Numbered from the stretch's first letter, positions 55,892 through 64,000 are shown. The stretch is 64,000 nucleotides of DNA from Candidatus Nanopelagicales bacterium (GCA_030726915.1 JANRCR010000041.1:4262-68261), one strand, 5' to 3'. Numbers and translations: made by a program. Notes: generated by a model from the sequence alone, not told the origin.

Positions 55892-56836
55892 ATGTCCCAC
55901 CGAGACGCGATCCAGCTACCTGAGCCCAACACGCTCACGCGTCCCTATCGCGGACTCTCGGTGCAGGAAGTGGATTTCGATCTGAGCAGTGAGCAGCGCA
56001 TTCTGGATTACATTCTCGGCCGGGAGGTCTACCGCCGGACCGAGTGGTTACTCCTGTCCAACCTCGATGCCCGAGCTCTCATCGAAGTGCGCAAGGAATC
56101 CTTTGACCCACTCTTCTCACCCGTAGTCACCGCGCGAGTACTTGCACTACCTGACAAGGTCGTATGGATCGAAGATCCTGACACCGACGTGGGCAATCCG
56201 ACACAACTCGCCATGACTGCCCTACGGCATGAGCGGGAAGGCGCAGATGCCTATGCCGTCCAAGGCAAGTTCGAGCACATCAATGTCATCTGGAGACCCC
56301 AGCCCGTGCGGGTTGTCGTTACTGAGGTCATCCCGCCAACGCCTGCCAAACTGCTCGAACTCGCCAAGACCGCGGTGGGATTCGACGAGGATCTCCCCCC
56401 TCTCGACCTCGTGCTTGACGCCGTCGATATACGCACGATGGCCGCAGACAACCCCTCGGATACATACCTGCTGCCCTGCCGCGGATCGGGAGTGGACCTG
56501 CCCGGCGAAGTCACATTCCTCGACACGCGCCCGGAGGAACGCCGGGACTGGACCCTGATTGGATGCGAGCGGTCAGTGCAGTTCCATCGTCACTTCTACG
56601 GCGACGAGCCAACCCAGGTCGACTTCTGCCCCAACCACCGGTCGGCCACTCTGGCGGAGGACACCCTTGTGCTCACCAAGTGCTGCCTACTCGAACGTGG
56701 TGTCGAGGTCCGTGGCAATACCGCCATCGTGCCGTGGGGGTCCAATCTTGACGAGGTGCGCCTCGCACTGCGGCTCATCACTGGCGTGGGGCCGTTACCC
56801 GAGCCGAAGCAGATCGGGTCTGCCCTGACCCCATGA
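55892..56836 (+). CDS. xcbB: XcbB-position protein, Cys-rich C-terminus, function unassigned here
   Basis: 314 aa, ATG 55892 after GAGAGGA. C-terminal cysteines LPCRGSG, LIGCERS, DFCPNH and TKCCLLE. It occupies the second slot of the comA-led operon. Confidence 0.5.
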   Translation: MSHRDAIQLPEPNTLTRPYRGLSVQEVDFDLSSEQRILDYILGREVYRRTEWLLLSNLDARALIEVRKESFDPLFSPVVTARVLALPDKVVWIEDPDTDVGNPTQLAMTALRHEREGADAYAVQGKFEHINVIWRPQPVRVVVTEVIPPTPAKLLELAKTAVGFDEDLPPLDLVLDAVDIRTMAADNPSDTYLLPCRGSGVDLPGEVTFLDTRPEERRDWTLIGCERSVQFHRHFYGDEPTQVDFCPNHRSATLAEDTLVLTKCCLLERGVEVRGNTAIVPWGSNLDEVRLALRLITGVGPLPEPKQIGSALTP

Positions 56837-58191
56837 GCGCCCACCTGAGCGACTCCGCGATCTACGGGCATCTGTGGGGTACTGACGAGACTCGCGCGAT
56901 GCTGTGCGACGAGGGGCGCCTGCGCTCGTGGCTCGACCTGCTCGCCTGCCTCGCTGAGGCACAGGCCGAGGTGGGCCTGGTACCCGCGGATGCAGCCCGG
57001 TCAATAACGGCCTCGGTGCACGACTGGATCCCCGACATCGCGGAGGTCGGACGTCTCACCCGAGAGACCGGACACTCAACACTTGGCTTGATCCGCTGCA
57101 TGCAGGAACGTTTGCCTGAGCACGCCCGAGAGTGGGTCTACTACGGAGCCACGGTGCAAGATCTGAGCGACACCTGGGCCGTCCTCGTCATGAGGCGCAT
57201 GACCAATATCGTCCTGCGGGACCTCCGCGTAGCCCGGAGCGCAGCGGCCGACCTCGCGCGGGTGCATCGAGCGACGATCATGTGCGGGCGCACGCACGGT
57301 CAGCCGGGTCTACCCATCACTTTCGGATTCAAGGCTGCGGTATGGGCGGATGAGATCGACCGCCATATCGGACGGATCGAGCACTCCCGAGAGGCCAGGG
57401 AGGTCATCCAACTCGGCGGTGGGCTTGGTTCCATGGAGTTCTGGGGTGAGGCTGCCGAGCCGATGGCAAGGGCCTTCGCCCGACGTCTAGACCTCGGCGT
57501 GCCCGTCATACCGTGGCTCACGTCCCGCGATCGCTTCGCCGAGTTCGTCACCCAGATGGCGATGATCGCCGCGACAATCGCCAAGATCGGCGACGAGGTC
57601 TTCGAACTCCAAAGAGCCGAGATCGGGGAGCTCCGCGAGCCGCTCTCCCCCGGCACAGTTGGAAGTATCACTATGCCGCACAAGCGCAATCCTGAGTGGT
57701 CCGAGCACGTGAGTTCGCTCGCGCGGCTCGTTCGAGTCAATGCCGATCTCGCCATCGAGGGGATGATCCACGGGCACGAGCGAGACGGCCGGGCTTGGAA
57801 GACAGAGTGGGTCGTTCTGCAGGAGACATGTCACTTCACCGCGACGAGCACAATGGCGGTGACGCGCATTCTTGACGGACTGGAGGTCAACGTTGCGCGC
57901 ATGCAGGCGAATCTCGACGCCCAACGTGGTTACGTACTCAGTGAGCCAGTCATGCGAGCGCTATCTGATCGAATGGGCAAGCACACAGCTCACCAGGTCG
58001 TCTACGAGGCCACGCTCTCGGGGGGTGAGCGCGGAGTAGACATGCGCACGGCCCTACGCGACGACCCGCGCCTTGCGGATATCCCCGATGCCGAACTCGA
58101 TGCCCTTCTCGATCCATCGCGAGCCCTGGGCTCCATATCCCGTTTCGTAGATGACGTCCTAGCTCGACTAGGAGACTCCACGGATGCCTAA
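56833..58191 (+). CDS. xcbC: Aspartase/fumarase-superfamily lyase (adenylosuccinate-lyase-like), XcbC-like
   Basis: 452 aa, ATGA overlap with the upstream gene. Superfamily signature loop GSITMPHKRNP. Confidence 0.7.
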   Translation: MSAHLSDSAIYGHLWGTDETRAMLCDEGRLRSWLDLLACLAEAQAEVGLVPADAARSITASVHDWIPDIAEVGRLTRETGHSTLGLIRCMQERLPEHAREWVYYGATVQDLSDTWAVLVMRRMTNIVLRDLRVARSAAADLARVHRATIMCGRTHGQPGLPITFGFKAAVWADEIDRHIGRIEHSREAREVIQLGGGLGSMEFWGEAAEPMARAFARRLDLGVPVIPWLTSRDRFAEFVTQMAMIAATIAKIGDEVFELQRAEIGELREPLSPGTVGSITMPHKRNPEWSEHVSSLARLVRVNADLAIEGMIHGHERDGRAWKTEWVVLQETCHFTATSTMAVTRILDGLEVNVARMQANLDAQRGYVLSEPVMRALSDRMGKHTAHQVVYEATLSGGERGVDMRTALRDDPRLADIPDAELDALLDPSRALGSISRFVDDVLARLGDSTDA

Positions 58192-59173
58192 GCCCCCGTG
58201 GGTCACACGCCTGGGGACAGTTCCACGGGAGCCCCTCGCCTCGCTCCCGAGCCCGCTACAACCAGCCCCGCGACTCTCTGACGCCCTTGGCATCGAAATA
58301 TGGGTCAAGCGCGATGACCTACTCGGTCTAGGTCTTGGCGGTAACAAGGCACGTCCGCTCGAGTTCCTCATGGGCGATGCGCTTGTCAAGAACAGCGACG
58401 TTATTGTCACGGGGTCGGGCCCGCAGTCAAACTGGTCCATGCTCGCTGCCCTGGCGGCACGCCGGTGCGGACTTGACTCAATCGTCTGCTTCTACGGTGA
58501 CCGTCCACGGGAGTCCCGCGGCAATCTCCTCCTCCACGGACTTATCGGCACTGACGTTCGCTGGACCAGTGAGTCGACGCGAGAGTCCGTCGACACGATG
58601 ATCGGCTCGGTGGCCGAGAGCCTCCGACAAGACGGCAAGCACCCCTACGTCATACCCCGTGGGGGGGCGACGCCCCGAGGCAGCCTGGGTTACCTCGTGG
58701 GAGCTGAGGAGATCTCGAGCCAGTGCAGGGACGCCGGTCTCCACAACGCGACCGTCTGGCTTGCTACCGGCTCTTGCGGCACCCAGGCCGGGCTCGTCAC
58801 AGGCGTGGCCGCCGGCCTTCTGTCCGCCGTCGTGGGCGTGACGGTCAGCAGACCCGTCGAGGAGTGCCGATCTCGCGTGCTTGAGATCGCGCAAGCTGCT
58901 GCAGTACTCGCGGGCACGACGCCAGCGACAGCAAACATCGTCACGGTGCTCGATGGCTACATCGGCGGGGGGTACGGCGTACCTACCGCCGAAGGTGCAG
59001 CCGCCGCCGCCCTGGTTCTGAGCACCGAGGGGATCTTCCTCGACCCACCATTCTGCGCGAAGGGAATGGCCAGCCTCGTCGATGCTGCCGCTCAGGGAAG
59101 CATCGCGGGCCCTGTGATCTTCCTCGTGTCCGGCGGTGCGCCCACTCTCTTCGTGGAGGATGGGGCGTTGTGA
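58184..59173 (+). CDS. xcbD: PLP fold-type II enzyme of the ACC-deaminase/D-cysteine-desulfhydrase family, XcbD-like
   Basis: 329 aa. PLP-lysine motif GGNKARPLEF. It lacks the AcdS-diagnostic YEGKS and AHLGG contexts, having FCAKG and LVSGG instead. Confidence 0.7.
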   Translation: MPKPPWVTRLGTVPREPLASLPSPLQPAPRLSDALGIEIWVKRDDLLGLGLGGNKARPLEFLMGDALVKNSDVIVTGSGPQSNWSMLAALAARRCGLDSIVCFYGDRPRESRGNLLLHGLIGTDVRWTSESTRESVDTMIGSVAESLRQDGKHPYVIPRGGATPRGSLGYLVGAEEISSQCRDAGLHNATVWLATGSCGTQAGLVTGVAAGLLSAVVGVTVSRPVEECRSRVLEIAQAAAVLAGTTPATANIVTVLDGYIGGGYGVPTAEGAAAAALVLSTEGIFLDPPFCAKGMASLVDAAAQGSIAGPVIFLVSGGAPTLFVEDGAL

Positions 59174-60684
59174 CCATTCAGCCTCCCACCGGGTACCTCG
59201 GCACCGACGGCCGGATCAGCTCAGGTCCAGCACCCGAGCTCGTCGCAGCCGGGTACGCACTGGAAATCTCTGACGCGCCGGCACTCCATGACGGGCTTCT
59301 CATTGCTGATCTCGCTCATGTCATCGGACTTCTCGACAGCGGCCTCATCGACACCGACATCGCGGGCCGACTTCTGCGCGCGCTGCTAGACATGGGGGAT
59401 ATCCCCGCGGAAGACTTCCCCTACGACGTGACCCTCGGGGATGCCTACAACAGCCGGGAGCGCGAACTCGAGCGCCGGATAGGCACTATGTCCGGCGTCA
59501 TCCACCTCGGACGCACCCGACGCGAAGCGGGGCGAATCGCGTTCCGGCTTGCATTGCGGGAGCGACTGGAAGCGTTGGCGCTTGCTGTCGCGCGGCTGAC
59601 ACGGACGCTGGGTGACCGCGCTGAGGATTGGTCCGACACGGTCTGGGCGGATGTCACCTACTTGCAGCTCGCTCAGCCATCCACCTTCGGTCACTACCTG
59701 GCCGCCTTTGCGGAGGAATCCGCCCGTCACCTGCCCCGGTTGCGTGCCGCCCACGGCTGGGCTGACGTGTCCCCTGCTGGATCCGGCGGCGTCGCGGGCA
59801 CGCGCATGGGCATGGATAGACAAGGCCTTGCGCAGATCCTCGGATTCACAACTGTCGGCCGCAACACCCGCGACACCATGTGGACCATCGATGGACTCCT
59901 CGACGCGATGGCGGCAGCAACTCAGACAGCCATTACGTGCAGCCGCCTGGCAGAGGATCTGCAGATCTTCGCGAGTGCTGGCTTCGGGATCGTCACCGTC
60001 GATGCGTCCCTATGCCGAGCATCAGTCCTCATGCCGCAGAAGCGCAACCCTTACGCTCTTTCCGTCATTCGAGCTGGGGCAAGCACGCTTATTGGTCGAC
60101 TCACCGGGACAGCCTCGACGGCACGCACACCATCCGCAGCCACCGACAACTGGCTGCATTCCTACGGCGAGGTACTTTCGTCTCTGGAATTGTCCACCCG
60201 GCTCGTCGACCTGACCGATGCCGTGGTGCGCACGCTGTCGATCGACTCCGAGCGGATGCTCGTGAGCGCTGCAGACCAGCAAGCCATCGCCACAGATCTC
60301 GCGGACGAACTCGTCCTCACCACCGGCATGGACTACCGCAGTGCTTACCGTGTCGTCGGGCGCGCTGTCGCGGCCGCGCTGGAATCCGGCTCCATCATCA
60401 GCCCGGAGTCACTGGACGCAGCATGCCGAGAGGTCACAGGAGACGCACTCCCCAACTCATCGGAAGCGATCAACTGGGCCTCTCTACGTGACCCCCGGCA
60501 ACTCGTGGCTACGCGTACGGAAACCGGCGGGTGCGGTCGCGACAGCCTTGCTGCCGAACTGGCCTCGCTGCGCGACATCGTCGACGAGCAGCAGGGGTGG
60601 TTTGAGGCACGGCGCGCCCACGAGCAAGAGTGCCTCGGTGCGCTGCGCACACGCGCAAACAATCTAGCTACCCCCTCGATCTAG
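59170..60684 (+). CDS. xcbE: Aspartase/fumarase-superfamily lyase (argininosuccinate-lyase-like), XcbE-like
   Basis: 504 aa, GTGA overlap with the upstream gene. Signature loop ASVLMPQKRNP. Confidence 0.7.
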   Translation: MTIQPPTGYLGTDGRISSGPAPELVAAGYALEISDAPALHDGLLIADLAHVIGLLDSGLIDTDIAGRLLRALLDMGDIPAEDFPYDVTLGDAYNSRERELERRIGTMSGVIHLGRTRREAGRIAFRLALRERLEALALAVARLTRTLGDRAEDWSDTVWADVTYLQLAQPSTFGHYLAAFAEESARHLPRLRAAHGWADVSPAGSGGVAGTRMGMDRQGLAQILGFTTVGRNTRDTMWTIDGLLDAMAAATQTAITCSRLAEDLQIFASAGFGIVTVDASLCRASVLMPQKRNPYALSVIRAGASTLIGRLTGTASTARTPSAATDNWLHSYGEVLSSLELSTRLVDLTDAVVRTLSIDSERMLVSAADQQAIATDLADELVLTTGMDYRSAYRVVGRAVAAALESGSIISPESLDAACREVTGDALPNSSEAINWASLRDPRQLVATRTETGGCGRDSLAAELASLRDIVDEQQGWFEARRAHEQECLGALRTRANNLATPSI

Positions 60685-62261
60685 AGGGACTCCAATTGCA
60701 TCGCTCCCGCGCGCAGGCGTGAGAGTTGAATGAAGTGCGAGGGATTGAGAAAGAGTTCGTTCATTTCAGCAAGTTGGTCAATCGTCACGCCCACCTTGTG
60801 GATGAGGAAATCGAGGTACTGGAAGCCGTCCTTCGCCCCATATCCCACATGGTGGGCCCCCACCAGGCGGCGACTCTTGGAGTCAAAAACGGCCTTCTGG
60901 AAGCCCGACAGTTCCGGATGGGTGAAGGCGAAGAGCATCGTGCCGTCGGAGCACGGCAGCGGGATGTCACCGTAAGGAACGCCCGGCGGGGGCATCTGGA
61001 TCACAATGACATCGCCGTACTCTTCGCGTGCCTCACGTTCGGATAATCCGACCCAGGTCACCTCGTACGTCGAGTGGAGGAAGTCGGGGTACTCGCTGAA
61101 GTCAAAGGAGTAGTCCTCACCCATGATGTTGCGGGCTGCGGTCATCCCGCACTTGCGTGCCTTAAACATCTCCATCGGGGCACCAATGAGATCTCCCACA
61201 GCGTAGACGCCCGGGACTGATGTGCGCATGTGGTCGTCGACGATCACGGCCCCTCGGTCATCCACCGAGACTCCCAGCGCTTTCACGAAGGGGTCGGAGT
61301 TAGGGCGTTCGCCCGTGCCCACGAAAACCATGTCGCAGGGGATATCCCGGACGGATCCATCAGCCATGCGCACGCGTACGCCTGTCGCTCGCTCATCACC
61401 AAGGATCTCCAGGGTCTCCGTGCCGTCGAAGATTTGTATGCCACGTCGACGCATTCCGTCCACAACGTACTCACGTAGATCATCATCGATGTGGTGGAGG
61501 CCCGAGCCCTGCATCAGTGGGCTTCTCGCGAGGATCGTTGTCTGGCAGCCCGCAGCCTGGAAGAAGGATCCGTACTCGATCGCCACCTTCGACCCACCGA
61601 TAATGACGCAGGAGCGCGGGTTGTAATCAAGGTCCTCGACCAGCGTTGCATAGTCGAAGACACCAGCCTTATCGATCCCCGGCACGTCAGGGAACACCGT
61701 GGCCGATCCGGTTGCCAGGACGAGGTTCTTGGCCGTAAAGATCTCCCCCTCGACTTCGACGGTATGCGCATCGATGACACTCGCGGTGGCATTGAGGATG
61801 TACTCCATTCCGAGCTGCTCCTTGCTTTGCCAATTCATGAAGGAGTGCGCGGAATTCCGGCCCGAGACGAAGAGTTGCACCATGTCAAGGACGGATGCCT
61901 TGGACTCGTCGAACTCCGGGTACCAGAAGCGTCCCGATAACGTGCGAGCGAGATCGAGTTCGCGTGCCGCCTCCGAGAAGAGGTGGTGAGGGACGCAGGC
62001 CTGGTGGGGACAAGACCCCCCGAGGAAGGGCCATTGGTCGATGGTCAACTGTCGACCGCCGCGGGCACGCATGAAGGCAGACCCGAAGCGACCTCCAGCC
62101 CCTCCGCCGACGAAGATGGCGTCGAACTCGCGGTCATCGCTTCGGTCGAGGTTGTAGATCGCACCCTGGCGCCTACCATCCTCGAACTCATCGATGAGCG
62201 TCCGCCACTCGGCGTTTGTAGGGTGCTCGTCGCGAACGTCCATATAGGTCTCCGAGTCCAT
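60681..62261 (-). CDS. xecC: NADPH:2-ketopropyl-CoM oxidoreductase/carboxylase (2-KPCC)-like disulfide oxidoreductase
   Basis: Start is ATG 62261 after AGGAGG (526 aa). FAD fold FVGGGAGGRFGS and redox disulfide GGSCPHQACVPHH. The usual C-terminal His-Glu dyad region (HPxxxE) is replaced by FLNPSHF, i.e. Phe...His at i/i+5, the substitution described for 2-KPCC. Confidence 0.78.
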   Translation of the reverse strand: MDSETYMDVRDEHPTNAEWRTLIDEFEDGRRQGAIYNLDRSDDREFDAIFVGGGAGGRFGSAFMRARGGRQLTIDQWPFLGGSCPHQACVPHHLFSEAARELDLARTLSGRFWYPEFDESKASVLDMVQLFVSGRNSAHSFMNWQSKEQLGMEYILNATASVIDAHTVEVEGEIFTAKNLVLATGSATVFPDVPGIDKAGVFDYATLVEDLDYNPRSCVIIGGSKVAIEYGSFFQAAGCQTTILARSPLMQGSGLHHIDDDLREYVVDGMRRRGIQIFDGTETLEILGDERATGVRVRMADGSVRDIPCDMVFVGTGERPNSDPFVKALGVSVDDRGAVIVDDHMRTSVPGVYAVGDLIGAPMEMFKARKCGMTAARNIMGEDYSFDFSEYPDFLHSTYEVTWVGLSEREAREEYGDVIVIQMPPPGVPYGDIPLPCSDGTMLFAFTHPELSGFQKAVFDSKSRRLVGAHHVGYGAKDGFQYLDFLIHKVGVTIDQLAEMNELFLNPSHFIQLSRLRAGAMQLESL

Positions 62262-62283
62262 GCCCACTCCTCCTGTACTGACA

Positions 62284-62311
62284 CTCTCCCGCGACGGATG
62301 ACGCGGGAGAG
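62284..62311. promoter_or_regulatory. Perfect 10-bp inverted repeat in the divergent 2-KPCC / aldehyde dehydrogenase intergenic region
   Basis: ctctcccgcg-acggatga-cgcgggagag lies 23 nt upstream of the 2-KPCC start codon. It could be an operator or a 5'-UTR hairpin. Confidence 0.4.
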
Positions 62312-62443
62312 GGGCCGCAACTGAGGCATGACTGTGCCGCATTGCCTGCGACCGGGGCCATGACCCAGCGGGACAGTGTTCTCCGATTCCTTTGTCCATC
62401 CGGGCCGATCCGAACTTCCCTGAATTCGTGCAGGCTTGGTCCC

Positions 62444-63871
62444 ATGACTAAGCCCGCCGCAGACTCCCGTAATCAATCCGAGGTCGCAGCCGACGTCGCC
62501 GAGATCGTCGCGCGTGCGCGACGGGCCCAGGAAGCGATCACCGACTGGGACCAGCAGCGCGTCGACGAGCTCGTGACAGCTGTCGGATGGTCGATCGTGC
62601 GCAAAGACCATGCCGAAACGCTGGCACAACTTGCGGTTGATGAGGGTGGGTTCGGCACTTATGCGGACAAGCTCACGAAGATCCAGCGGCGCGTCAACGG
62701 CCTGCTCGCTGACATGCACGGCATGCAGACGGTGGGCGTCATCGAGGAAGACCCTGCGCGAGGACTGGTCAAGATCGCCAAGCCTGTAGGTGTCCTCGCC
62801 GCTCTCATCCCGACCACCGGCCCCGATGCCACCCCTCCCATGAAGGCCCTCATGGCCCTCAAAGGACGCAACGCAATCGTGGTCGCCCCCCACCCGCGCA
62901 CATGCAAAACGTCAGAGCTCGCGGTGGAGTACATGCGTGAAGCCTGCGCCCAGGTGGGTGCGCCGCAGGACCTGATCATCAGCCTGACCAGTCCCAGCAT
63001 CGACAAGACTCGTGAACTCATGCGGCAGGCTGACGTCGTCGTGGCCACGGGTGGGGCTGCCATGGTCAGAGCCGCATACAGCAGTGGGACTCCAGCGTAC
63101 GGCGTTGGCGTAGGCAACGCCGTACACGTCGTCGACGAGACCGCGGACCTTGACGATGCTGCCGCGATGATCGCCGCAGCGAAGACCTTTGACCTGGCGA
63201 CGAGCTGTCTCGCTGACAACTCCGTGATCATCGCCGATGCAATCTACGCCGACCTTATGGAGAGGTTGGCGACCGCGGGCGGCTACCTTTGCAATGAAGA
63301 GGAGAAAGCCCGCCTCCAGGCCGCGATGTGGCCAGACGGGGGAGAGATTCCCGCACTTGACGTCATCGCGAAGTCCGCTGCGCACATCGCGTCACTCGCT
63401 GGCATACAGATCAGCCCGGGTACGACATTTCTGATGGTGGAGGAGGATGGCACCGGCCCCGACCATCCGTTCTCCGGCGAGAAGCTCTCCGTCGTCCTGG
63501 CCGTCTATCGTTATGGAGGAGACATCGCCGACGCGGTCGGCACCATTAACGACATCACTGCATACCAGGGCCTCGGCCACACCTGCGGTATCCACACACG
63601 TCTCAACGAGCATGTTGATGCCCTTGCCTTCGGCACGCGCACCGCCCGCGTCATGGTCAACCAAAGTCTCAATGAGGGTGCGGGTAGTGCGAGGAACGGC
63701 CTACCCTTCACGCTGAGCTTGTCCTGCGGGACCTGGGGCGGCAATATCACTACGGAGAACGTCAACGCCCGCCACTTCATCAATGTCACGTGGGTATCTC
63801 GGCCCATCGCACCCCGACCGGTCTCCGAGGAGGACCTCTTCTCTGGCCATTGGGCAAAGTACGGCGCTTAG
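62444..63871 (+). CDS. CoA-acylating aldehyde dehydrogenase (EutE/PduP/AdhE-N type)
   Basis: Start is MTKPAAD (ATG 62444). Catalytic Cys context AKTFDLATSCLADNSVII resembles the acylating-ALDH motif FDNG.ICASEQS. Confidence 0.78.
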   Translation: MTKPAADSRNQSEVAADVAEIVARARRAQEAITDWDQQRVDELVTAVGWSIVRKDHAETLAQLAVDEGGFGTYADKLTKIQRRVNGLLADMHGMQTVGVIEEDPARGLVKIAKPVGVLAALIPTTGPDATPPMKALMALKGRNAIVVAPHPRTCKTSELAVEYMREACAQVGAPQDLIISLTSPSIDKTRELMRQADVVVATGGAAMVRAAYSSGTPAYGVGVGNAVHVVDETADLDDAAAMIAAAKTFDLATSCLADNSVIIADAIYADLMERLATAGGYLCNEEEKARLQAAMWPDGGEIPALDVIAKSAAHIASLAGIQISPGTTFLMVEEDGTGPDHPFSGEKLSVVLAVYRYGGDIADAVGTINDITAYQGLGHTCGIHTRLNEHVDALAFGTRTARVMVNQSLNEGAGSARNGLPFTLSLSCGTWGGNITTENVNARHFINVTWVSRPIAPRPVSEEDLFSGHWAKYGA

Positions 63872-64000
63872 CCTGACACGCCCGGCGACAACCTAACAAG
63901 CGCGCAAAAATCGTCCCAATGGGGCGGCTATGTGGCGAAACTGTGTCCTGGTAGGCCTGGTCGATTGTGCCCAGGACCCTTACGCTGACGGCATCGGCCA

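Noticed and set aside
62045-62893. 282-aa minus-strand ORF spanning the 2-KPCC 5' end, the intergenic region and the ALDH gene
   Set aside because: Out of frame with the 2-KPCC gene and antisense to the ALDH. It has no RBS and no motifs, and crosses a region better explained as a divergent promoter.
63929-64000. Possible gene start (ATG 63929, MWRNCVLVGLVDCAQDPYADGIG...) at the window end
   Set aside because: Only 24 codons are visible, with no RBS or motif to judge. It cannot be supported from this window.

Overview
High-G+C, actinobacterial-type chromosomal segment with about 60 protein genes, four tRNAs (Ser-GGA, Ser-CGA, Arg-ACG, Ser-GCT) and an SRP RNA that the ORF track hides under spurious ORFs. 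The left ~46 kb is mostly housekeeping or accessory metabolism: truncated dnaX, ffs and tRNA-Ser; kup; a GlcNAc/amino-sugar cluster (MFS porter, ROK kinase, SIS protein, nagA); a bona fide-looking ACC deaminase; an M23 peptidoglycan hydrolase; tadA, its partner protein and upp; pntAA/AB/B transhydrogenase; a tocopherol-cyclase-like gene convergent with an ABC1/UbiB kinase; an indolepyruvate-decarboxylase-type ThDP enzyme; NDH-2; HelD; an L,D-transpeptidase; an uncharacterised 692-aa protein/SDR/threonine aldolase operon; amidase; and a Cys-type sulfatase. A ~0.7 kb low-GC islet lies between tRNA-Arg and a 29-nt copy of part of that tRNA. The standout is the right-hand ~17 kb (46.6-63.9 kb). 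It holds a complete-looking coenzyme M (CoM) system: an xcbABCDE-like bacterial CoM biosynthesis operon, with a clear phosphosulfolactate synthase. It also holds an epoxyalkane:CoM transferase-like MetE-fold zinc enzyme, two SDR dehydrogenases and a 2-ketopropyl-CoM oxidoreductase/carboxylase-like flavoprotein with its diagnostic motifs. Further genes are a CoA-disulfide-reductase-like flavoprotein, a two-subunit CoA transferase, an ADP-forming acyl-CoA synthetase and an acylating aldehyde dehydrogenase. No epoxide-forming monooxygenase, regulator or mobility gene is visible in the window. All functional calls rest on motif reading and remembered family features, not on database searches.
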